Below are positions 30,868-38,556 of a stretch of DNA of 64,000 nucleotides, piece by piece. The position numbers were made by a program, and so were the translations under genes. Positions within the stretch are counted from its first letter, which is position 1, and every line of letters begins with the position of its first letter. The notes under the pieces were generated by a model. The model saw only the letters and a program-made list of their open reading frames with translations. It did no database searches and was not told the DNA's origin. This stretch comes from Candidatus Tayloriibacteriota bacterium (GTDB lineage Bacteria; Patescibacteriota; Minisyncoccia; Phycocordibacterales; PALSA-1337): NCBI GenBank assembly GCA_037129895.1, contig JBAXUB010000003.1, forward strand, positions 2,699-66,698, in the 5' to 3' direction.

Positions 30868-33674
30868 GGATAAGACGTAAAATAGCAGTTTCTTTTGTAT
30901 CTGGTTTCATTATTATTTTGTCGTTACTTATGCTGGTTCTGGGGGTTTACACTACGAGTATTATAAGGGCGAATGTATATTCGTATTTGCAGGCATCGAA
31001 TATCAGTAAAGCTGAACATTTGAAGACCTTCATTCAGGATCAACAGAAGACAGCGGTTATTTTGGCGGCATCATCTGTATATAGGGATTTCTTGTTGGAA
31101 CCTATAAATAGTAAACAATATAGTCTGTTGAAAGGCAAGATCGATAAACGTTTGATCAGAACGATAGAGTCTGACCCAGAGATTTATGAATCTATGATCA
31201 TAGATGCTCGTGGTGTGATCGTGGCTTCTTCAATCAAAACGAATGAAAAACTCGATAAATCTGGTGATGAATATTTCACCAAAGCCAAGGAAGGTGTATA
31301 TATCAAGGATATGTATTTTTCAGAGATAGATGGTCGAGTGAATTATACTGTTTCTGCACCGATCATCGCCGATGATGGGAAATTCTTGGGCGTGACGGTT
31401 GTCAGGTATTTACCAGAACATATCTATAAGATCGTAAATAGTAGTAGTGTGATCGGGCAGTCGGAGGAAAATCTACTAGTGAACAAGGATGGCCTATTCA
31501 TCACACCATCTGTTTTTCTGGGTTCTGAAGCTGTTTTGAAACAGAAGGATACTAGCCAGGTCAATGGTAGTTGTTCCGACCGTCGGGGTATCGATTCTGC
31601 TAGTAAGAGCGACATCAATATGCTGAAGGGTAGTCTGGCATCGGGTGTTACTGAGGTGACTGATTATCGTGGTGTACAAGTAGTTGAGACCAATGTGTAT
31701 ATACCTGACACGGGATGGTGTCTCATCACCAAGGTAGATGTCTCTGAAGCTTTGTCTTTCCGCTATAACATGATCTGGTATTATATATTGGCTGCACTAT
31801 TTGCAGAGATCATCTTCATTGCTGTTTCATACTATGTGTCAAGGAAGATAACCAGTCCTATTGAAGCTCTGCATGATGCTGTAGATAAGGTATCCCCATC
31901 CAGTCTAGATTTTAAGCCTGGGATTACTTCGAACGATGAGATAGGTAAACTTTCTGGCGCTTTCGGTGATATGGTCTTGGCTGTGAAGCAGGCCTTGAAT
32001 GATACCAAACAGAAAGTTATTGAACAGACCAGTGAATTGAATGCAAAAACTATTGAGGCTGATCTGCAGAAGACAGCTGTACTGAACATCCTCGAAGATG
32101 TCGAAGTGGAAAAGAAAAAAACGGAGCAATTGGCTAGTGATTTGCTAAAATTCAGACTGGCTGTAGATAATGCTATAGACCAAGTGGTCATAACCGATGT
32201 AGAAGGAATTGTTATATATGGGAATAGTGCAGTAGAGAAAATCACGGGGTATAAACCAGAAGAAGCTCTAGGCAAGAAGGCGGCAGTACTCTGGAAGGTA
32301 CCGATGCCTAATGATTATTACAAGGACATGTGGGATACGATAAAGATTCAAAAGAAACCATTCATAGGCGAGATACGTAATAAAAAGAAAAATGGCGATG
32401 TATACACGGCTATTATCAGTATTTCTCCGGTTCTCGATGATAAGGGTGACATCATCTTCTTTGTGGCCATTGAGCGAGATATTACAGATCGCAAGAAGAA
32501 TGAAGAACAGGTCAAGAAATTGCTAGCGGATACTCAGGAACAAGCAAAGTCATTGGATATAGCCAGATTGAAGGATGACGCGATCTTAGAAGGTATCGGT
32601 GACGGTATAATCACGACCAACGAAGACGGTATCATAACCTTGGTCAATGAGTCGGCATTGGAGATGTTCGGTTACAAGAGTGAGGAGATGATAAACAAAC
32701 AAGTCGTCGAGATAATGAGGATTACTGATGAGACAAGAGAAGAGATATCGATGAAACTCCGTCCTATAACGATTGCTCTCGAAACAGGAAAGAAAACAAG
32801 TGTTCCACTTGGCTCTACGTACTATTATAGTCGAAAAGATGGCACTAGATTCCCGTCAGGTATCACAGTCACACCGTTTAGGTTGGACGGCAAGATCATG
32901 GGTACGATCGAAGTATTCCGAGATATCACTATCGAAAAGGATATAGATAAGGCAAAGACAGAGTTCGTATCACTAGCATCTCATCAGCTTCGAACACCTC
33001 TGTCGGCTATCGGCTGGTATACAGAAATGCTCTTGGATGGTGATGCTGGTAAGATTTCAGTCAAGCAGAAGGATTATTTGAATGAGATATATAATGGCAA
33101 CAAGAGGATGGTCAATCTCGTCACATCCCTATTGAATGTATCGAGGATAGAACTTGGCACATTCTCTGTGGAACCAGAGCTGACTGATATTAGAGAGATA
33201 GTACAAAGCGTAGTTGATGAAATGAAACCTATGATCGTGGCGAAGAAAATGGATGTTAAGCTTGATATTGAAGAGGGTCTCGAAAAGATAATGGTTGATC
33301 AGAAACTCATAAGAATGGTTTATCAAAATCTGACCTCAAATGCGCTCAAATATACTGGAGAAGGAGGTCATATAACTATCGAGGTCAAGGTCAAGGACAA
33401 TGATCTGTTGAGTTCAGTCTCTGATAATGGTTTTGGGATACCAAAGAGTCAACAATCGGGAATATTCCAAAAGCTGTTCAGGGCTGATAATGCCAAGACT
33501 CAAGATGCAGATGGAACAGGATTGGGCTTGTATATAATAAAGTCGATAATAGAGCAATCAAGTAATGGCAAAATGTGGTTCGAATCCATTGAAAACAAGG
33601 GTACGACGTTCTACTTCACTATTCCAAAGAGTGGTGTAACTCCAAAGAAGGGCAGTCGACCATTGGGAAGTTAG
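30864..33674 (+). CDS. Sensor histidine kinase (Cache-HAMP-PAS-PAS-HisKA-HATPase_c)
   Basis: It has the H-box 'SLASHQLRTPLSAI', two PAS blocks, the N box and the G boxes 'DNGFGIP...GTGLGLYIIKSII'. Confidence 0.85.
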   Translation: MRIRRKIAVSFVSGFIIILSLLMLVLGVYTTSIIRANVYSYLQASNISKAEHLKTFIQDQQKTAVILAASSVYRDFLLEPINSKQYSLLKGKIDKRLIRTIESDPEIYESMIIDARGVIVASSIKTNEKLDKSGDEYFTKAKEGVYIKDMYFSEIDGRVNYTVSAPIIADDGKFLGVTVVRYLPEHIYKIVNSSSVIGQSEENLLVNKDGLFITPSVFLGSEAVLKQKDTSQVNGSCSDRRGIDSASKSDINMLKGSLASGVTEVTDYRGVQVVETNVYIPDTGWCLITKVDVSEALSFRYNMIWYYILAALFAEIIFIAVSYYVSRKITSPIEALHDAVDKVSPSSLDFKPGITSNDEIGKLSGAFGDMVLAVKQALNDTKQKVIEQTSELNAKTIEADLQKTAVLNILEDVEVEKKKTEQLASDLLKFRLAVDNAIDQVVITDVEGIVIYGNSAVEKITGYKPEEALGKKAAVLWKVPMPNDYYKDMWDTIKIQKKPFIGEIRNKKKNGDVYTAIISISPVLDDKGDIIFFVAIERDITDRKKNEEQVKKLLADTQEQAKSLDIARLKDDAILEGIGDGIITTNEDGIITLVNESALEMFGYKSEEMINKQVVEIMRITDETREEISMKLRPITIALETGKKTSVPLGSTYYYSRKDGTRFPSGITVTPFRLDGKIMGTIEVFRDITIEKDIDKAKTEFVSLASHQLRTPLSAIGWYTEMLLDGDAGKISVKQKDYLNEIYNGNKRMVNLVTSLLNVSRIELGTFSVEPELTDIREIVQSVVDEMKPMIVAKKMDVKLDIEEGLEKIMVDQKLIRMVYQNLTSNALKYTGEGGHITIEVKVKDNDLLSSVSDNGFGIPKSQQSGIFQKLFRADNAKTQDADGTGLGLYIIKSIIEQSSNGKMWFESIENKGTTFYFTIPKSGVTPKKGSRPLGS

Positions 33675-33714
33675 GTGGTAATATAGACTATGAGGTGTTA
33701 TTATTCTGAAATAT

Positions 33715-34092
33715 ATGGGAAAAAATAAAAAAATATTGATCATCGAAGATGAGGAGACCTTGCGGAAAGCAGTAAAAGATAAGCTTGAGATAGCGTCGTT
33801 CTCGACTGTTACTTGTAGTGATAGTGTTGTGGGATTGGAGACAGCACTCAGAGATCATCCGGATCTAATATTGTTGGATATCGTTATGCCCAAGATGAGC
33901 GGTTTGGATATACTCAAGGAATTACGAAAAGATGTATGGGGTAAGACTGCAGAGGTTATCATGTTTACGAATTTGAGTGATGATCAGAGTATGGACGAAG
34001 CAAAGAGACTAGGAGTGAGGGATTATTGGGTGAAGTCTTCGTTGCGTTTAGATGATATATTAACAATGGTGAAATCAACACTTGGTATATAG
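33715..34092 (+). CDS. Single-domain response regulator (REC only)
   Basis: The motifs 'ILIIEDEE', 'DLILLDIVMPKMSG' and 'VIMFTN' are present. Confidence 0.8.
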   Translation: MGKNKKILIIEDEETLRKAVKDKLEIASFSTVTCSDSVVGLETALRDHPDLILLDIVMPKMSGLDILKELRKDVWGKTAEVIMFTNLSDDQSMDEAKRLGVRDYWVKSSLRLDDILTMVKSTLGI

Positions 34093-34497
34093 GTGTTAAT
34101 AAAATTTATGGATAAAAAAATAATTCTTGTAACTGAAGATGAATCGAGGTTGCGCAATGTCCTCAAGGACAAACTGACCCTCGAGGGTTTCATAGTTTTT
34201 GAGGCAAAAGATGGAGAGGAGGGATTGAAATTGGCACTCAGTGAATATCCAGATCTCATGCTCGTCGATATATTCATGCCGAAGATGGATGGTCTCACGA
34301 TGCTCCGCAAGATCCGTGAAGACAGTCGTGGCAAGAAGATCAAGTTCATCATCCTCACCAATGCTGATGAGACTGACAAGATTGCCGAGGCTATGCAGGT
34401 TGCCGGCGTAGAAGATGACAAGACATTCGATTATTATGTGAAGTCTGATATCAAGATGGAAGATGTGATAGCCAAGGTCAAAGGGAAGTTGGGGTAA
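34093..34497 (+). CDS. Single-domain response regulator (REC only)
   Basis: The motifs 'IILVTEDE', 'DLMLVDIFMPKMDG' and 'FIILTN' are present. The likely true start is 'MDKKIILV' at ATG 34108. Confidence 0.75.
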   Translation: MLIKFMDKKIILVTEDESRLRNVLKDKLTLEGFIVFEAKDGEEGLKLALSEYPDLMLVDIFMPKMDGLTMLRKIREDSRGKKIKFIILTNADETDKIAEAMQVAGVEDDKTFDYYVKSDIKMEDVIAKVKGKLG

Positions 34498-34669
34498 TGA
34501 GTCACAAAAAAAATCGATAAAGGCAGACCTTTAGTGTTAGGAATATATCGTCAGTAGTGTAAGTGGTGGACATATAAACAAATATGTGGGACTATGTGGT
34601 CTGAACTGCTTTTTGACAAAAGCGCCGAGTCCCGACGGTAATTCGGGCTAAAACTAGTTAGGAGAGAAT

Positions 34670-35296
34670 ATGAAGAAACTAATATTAATTGGGGTGGTAT
34701 TTATATTTGTATCAGTGTTGACCGAAACTTTCGCACAGAACCTTATTCAAAATGGAAGTTTCGAATTTCCGGTAGTTGATCTTCAGCTTAGGGTTGATAC
34801 TGGAGCAACATGGCTTTCCGGTTGGGTTGTTGGTGGTACTGGTGATGTCTTTATTCACAATGGTCCGGCGAATGGTATTAACCAAGGTCCTGCTCAAGAT
34901 GGATTAAACTATTTGGATCTTAGTGGAGATGGACCGCCTCATGCATATGTTTACCAGGATCTTTCAACAGTTCCAGGTCTCACATATTCACTAAAGTTTT
35001 ATACTGGATCTTCAGGAGGCGTGTCGCCTATAATCAATATTCAACTTCAAGGAATGGGTATATTATTGAATACAAATCTAGCCCCTCTCGCACCAACCGC
35101 TGGTAAAATCAATTGGTTTGAGGAGACATTCTCCTTTGTATCCGATGCGAATTCAGTTCGACTTAGTTTCGTTGATACTTCAAGTTCAGACGACAACGCA
35201 AGTTATGTGGATAATGTTTCTGTCTCGATAATCCCTGAACCGACAACATTATTACCACTCGGATTAGTCGCCATGATCTTGTGGCGACGACGGTAA
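34670..35296 (+). CDS. Secreted protein with C-terminal PEP-CTERM sorting signal
   Basis: It has the signal peptide 'MKKLILIGVVFIFVSVLTETFAQ'. The C-terminus 'IPEPTTLLPLGLVAMILWRRR*' reads PEP, then a TM segment, then RRR. Confidence 0.55.
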   Translation: MKKLILIGVVFIFVSVLTETFAQNLIQNGSFEFPVVDLQLRVDTGATWLSGWVVGGTGDVFIHNGPANGINQGPAQDGLNYLDLSGDGPPHAYVYQDLSTVPGLTYSLKFYTGSSGGVSPIINIQLQGMGILLNTNLAPLAPTAGKINWFEETFSFVSDANSVRLSFVDTSSSDDNASYVDNVSVSIIPEPTTLLPLGLVAMILWRRR

Positions 35297-35453
35297 TCAT
35301 TGTGTGAGTATTTTACATACAACCAGACGAAAGTTTGGTTGTTTTTGTTTGAATGCTGTCAGAATTAAGACTTGAAATTGAGAAATGTTTATTGATATAC
35401 TATTCCTATAAAATATTTTAAATGGGCCGATTACTAACAGAAATACCCGAGGG

Positions 35454-35951
35454 GTGTTTTTTAATGCAACAAATATGATTCAATTTACACAAGAAGAGTT
35501 TGATGTCGCTAAAACAACTGGTGAGGCGCTGTACAAAACATTTGTAAGTGTATACTGTCCATACTTTAAGGAAAGGGTATCTTTTAATTCAAAAGGTCTA
35601 GAACATCTTAGGCTAAAAAGTCGGAACAAAGCAAGACTCCCTGCTGATCAGTTTATGCGTTTTAAGTTGATTAAGTTAGCACCACTGATTTTAGTTTCAT
35701 CTGGCACACTCCAGGGTATTTGGCAGACAAATAAGTTTGAGCCCAAGAGGATGCATAGCAGGACTGAAAATGTTTTGTCACTAGTCAATTATTATGAATT
35801 TACTGCAGTTATTAAGAGAGATCGAGTAAAGATTATTGTTAAACAAGTTGATAATGGTGAGATGTATTTTTGGAGCTTGATCCCATTCTGGGGTATGAAT
35901 ACGGAATATATGGAGAGGATTTTACATGACGGTGACCTTGAAAATGAATAA
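35454..35951 (+). CDS. Hypothetical protein
   Basis: A 165-aa ORF with no recognisable domain. Confidence 0.35.
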   Translation: MFFNATNMIQFTQEEFDVAKTTGEALYKTFVSVYCPYFKERVSFNSKGLEHLRLKSRNKARLPADQFMRFKLIKLAPLILVSSGTLQGIWQTNKFEPKRMHSRTENVLSLVNYYEFTAVIKRDRVKIIVKQVDNGEMYFWSLIPFWGMNTEYMERILHDGDLENE

Positions 35952-36305
35952 CAAAAAGCACCACGTTTCGGTGGTGCGTTTTGTTGGTGTCTGGTTACGG
36001 TTTAGAAACCGTGAGGGCGCGAACGCCCCAAACACCATTGAAAGTATACGCCAATTGGTATATGTGTCAAGAAGATGTAATAACTTGTTGCGGGGGCCGG
36101 AATCGCACCGACAATTTTCAGGTTATGAGCCTGACGGGTTACTGTTACCCTACCCCGCGATATTTTTCTAAGATTGGTCACCAACCTCACTTATCGGTCT
36201 ATTGTGCCATAAAAGGGGATTGGTTGCAAATGGTATTGTCAATGGGGTTGATTTATCGTCTTTTTTTCGCTATTGTATCTTGGTTGGGCAGGTGGGGTCA
36301 TGTTC

Positions 36306-36331
36306 GTTTGAAAATATATGTCGGCGTAGCT
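36306..36331. repeat. 26-bp direct repeat (gtttgaaaatatatgtcggcgtagct), copy A, followed by a degenerate tRNA-like 5' fragment
   Basis: It is identical to 36380-36405, which spans the upstream region and first 12 nt of tRNA-Met. Confidence 0.55.
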
Positions 36332-36393
36332 GTTGTAGTTTAGCCGGCACCAGGAGTATTGTAAGGTATGATGATATTAGTTTGAAAATATAT

Positions 36394-36467
36394 GTCGGCG
36401 TAGCTCAGGTAGTTAGAGCATAGCATTCATAAAGCTAAGGTCGAAGGTGCAAGTCCTTCCGCCGACA
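36394..36467 (+). tRNA. tRNA-Met (anticodon CAT; elongator or Ile-lysidine type)
   Basis: Acceptor GTCGGCG pairs with CGCCGAC, anticodon loop is TTCATAA, and T arm is GAAGG-TGCAAGT-CCTTC. Length is 74 nt. Confidence 0.75.
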
Positions 36468-36525
36468 CAATTCTGCATTATTAGTCCGTTGTTGTTTTAT
36501 AAAAACATTATAATATCTTTTTGAT

Positions 36526-37206
36526 ATGCCAATATTGAAATATGTAAATAAAGATTTCTTCAAATTATGGACTCCAACTATGGCTTATGTGCTGGGGTTC
36601 TTTGCTGCGGATGGGTATATGACATTGAATAAAAGGGGAGCGTACTTTTGGAATATTCAGATCACTGAGCGGGAGTTACTTCAAATGATCAAAGTGGTGA
36701 TCAATTCTCATCATAAGATAAGTGTGCGAAAAGGAAATGGTAGAGAGAAAGAGTTATATAGGTTGCAAATAGGAAGTAAAGAGATGTTTAACGATTTACA
36801 GAATCTCGGCTTTATTCCCGGAAAGACTTATAGTATGGCAGTGCCTAGTGTGCCAGCTAAGTTCTTTAGGGATTTTGTCAGGGGATATTTTGATGGTGAT
36901 GGAAATGTCTGGGTCGGGTATACTCATCGAAACAGGTGCACTAGACTTCTTACCCTATCTTCCAGCTTTACCTCATGTTCGAGGGCTTTTCTTGATGAAT
37001 TGAGATGTCGATTGAGACTATTTGGCCTAATTTCTGGTTCTGTATATACAGGAAAGGGTAAATTCTTTCGTTTGAAATATAGTGTACGTAGCTCTATGAA
37101 ATTATACGATTTCATGTATAATAGTCCACATCTGATACCAAGCAGGGATTTGTTCCTAGATCGAAAGAAGTCAGTCTTTGAAAGGTATCTGAAAATGCGC
37201 CCGTAG
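36526..37206 (+). CDS. LAGLIDADG homing endonuclease (double-motif, freestanding)
   Basis: It carries two LAGLIDADG motifs, 'LGFFAADGYM' and 'RGYFDGDGNVW'. The 3' end overlaps tRNA-Asp by 10 nt. Confidence 0.8.
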   Translation: MPILKYVNKDFFKLWTPTMAYVLGFFAADGYMTLNKRGAYFWNIQITERELLQMIKVVINSHHKISVRKGNGREKELYRLQIGSKEMFNDLQNLGFIPGKTYSMAVPSVPAKFFRDFVRGYFDGDGNVWVGYTHRNRCTRLLTLSSSFTSCSRAFLDELRCRLRLFGLISGSVYTGKGKFFRLKYSVRSSMKLYDFMYNSPHLIPSRDLFLDRKKSVFERYLKMRP

Positions 37207-37270
37207 TTTAGCTGGCTAAAACAATCCCCTGTCACGGGATAGACCGTGGGTTCGAGTCCCATCGGGCGCG
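37197..37270 (+). tRNA. tRNA-Asp (anticodon GTC)
   Basis: Acceptor GCGCCCG pairs with CGGGCGC, anticodon arm is ATCCC-CTGTCAC-GGGAT, and T arm is GTGGG-TTCGAGT-CCCAT. Confidence 0.85.
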
Positions 37271-37362
37271 CATAGATTTGAGATCAATAGGTAAGCCACA
37301 GAAAGTTCACGGGTCTAGAGGACTTGAGCTGTGGTATAATTTTTGTATAGAATTTGGATTAT
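37271..37362 (+). repeat. ~90-bp direct repeat copy 1 carrying an extended -10 promoter (TGGTATAAT at 37332-37340)
   Basis: It is near-identical to 42820-42917. It sits immediately 3' of tRNA-Asp and ends at the glycosyltransferase ATG. Confidence 0.65.
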
Positions 37363-38556
37363 ATGAATATCTGCTATATTTATCCGGGGTATCCGCCAGA
37401 AAATCACTCAGGTGGCGTGGGTACTTTTATTGAGGAATTAGTTAAAACAATTTCTAAGTATGGGACGCATAAGATTGATATCATCTCTCGAAGTGACAAA
37501 TATTTCGATAGCATTGAAAATCTTTCGACTAATGTCACATTATATCGCTTAGGGGAAACCCCTTTAGCGGAAAACAGTCCTGTCCTGTTGTTTCGTAATG
37601 AAGGTTTTCTCCGCCATTATGAAAGAGTGTTAGAGGTTGTAAAAATGATTAATGGCAAAAATCCGATAGATGTAATTGAAGTTGCAGATTGGGGAGCTGA
37701 AGGATTTTTGGTATTGAAGCAATTTTTGGATATCACACTTGTGCGATGTCATACGCCAGCCTTTGTTTCGGAGAGCTATAATCCGAGTAGTAGATCATAT
37801 CTTTCGGACAACATAAAATCATCTGAAAAGAGTATGCTGTCAATCGCTAAACACATTGTTTGTCCCAGTAGAAGTCTCATAGATGAGATTGATAAGCGGG
37901 TACATATTGGTTGTGTACCAAAAATTGAGTTATATCCCCTTGATCTTGGTGATATTAGGACAAAGCAGGACTACGCAATAACATCGAATGAAATAAGATT
38001 GCTTAGCGTTGGTAGAATTGAAGAGCGAAAAGGACAGGATATCATATACCAGGCGTGTCAGCTTATTTCAGAACAAAACAAATATAATATTAGTCTGGAC
38101 CTTATTGGAGCAGATACATATGTCGGAATCAACATGCTATTTAGTAAGTACTTCATTGAGAAGTTAGTAGAAAAGCCGACGTTCAAATTTAGGTTGCTTG
38201 GTGAAATGTCTAGAAAAAAGGTTTTAGAAATATATCAATATTACGATATCTATATTGGTGCATCGAGATTCGATAATTACCCATATACACTTCTTGAAGC
38301 AATGGGCGCAGGTTTGCCGGTGATAGGGAACAACAATTCTGGGATCAGTGAAATAATGATTAAAAACATAAACGGTTTAACGTTTGCTGGTAACTCGACA
38401 GAGCTTGCGAATTCGATTAATACACTTATTCAAGATCAAAAATTACGTGCGTACATAGGAGAGAACGCGAGAAGTTTTATTGAGACAAAATTGACACCTG
38501 GTGTGGTTTATCGTAATGTAATTAGAACGTATCAAAATATATGCAAAAAAGAATAA
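37363..38556 (+). CDS. Glycosyltransferase family 4 (GT-B)
   Basis: It has the N-terminal 'GGVGTFIEEL' and the C-terminal 'E.FG..LLEAMGAGLPVIG'. Start was taken at ATG 37363; the tracker's 37354 is a TTG. Confidence 0.7.
   Translation: MNICYIYPGYPPENHSGGVGTFIEELVKTISKYGTHKIDIISRSDKYFDSIENLSTNVTLYRLGETPLAENSPVLLFRNEGFLRHYERVLEVVKMINGKNPIDVIEVADWGAEGFLVLKQFLDITLVRCHTPAFVSESYNPSSRSYLSDNIKSSEKSMLSIAKHIVCPSRSLIDEIDKRVHIGCVPKIELYPLDLGDIRTKQDYAITSNEIRLLSVGRIEERKGQDIIYQACQLISEQNKYNISLDLIGADTYVGINMLFSKYFIEKLVEKPTFKFRLLGEMSRKKVLEIYQYYDIYIGASRFDNYPYTLLEAMGAGLPVIGNNNSGISEIMIKNINGLTFAGNSTELANSINTLIQDQKLRAYIGENARSFIETKLTPGVVYRNVIRTYQNICKKE

Noticed and set aside
31832-32275. 147-aa minus-strand ORF inside the histidine kinase gene
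   Set aside because: It is antisense to a well-supported PAS/HAMP coding region, so it is an artefact.
34500-34669. Possible riboswitch or leader upstream of the PEP-CTERM gene
   Set aside because: There are only short generic hairpins and no recognisable riboswitch consensus, which is too weak to call.
35981-36423. ORFs of 120 aa, 81 aa and 73 aa in the tRNA-Met upstream region
   Set aside because: They overlap each other and the tRNA-Met gene, with no RBS. The region looks structured and non-coding.
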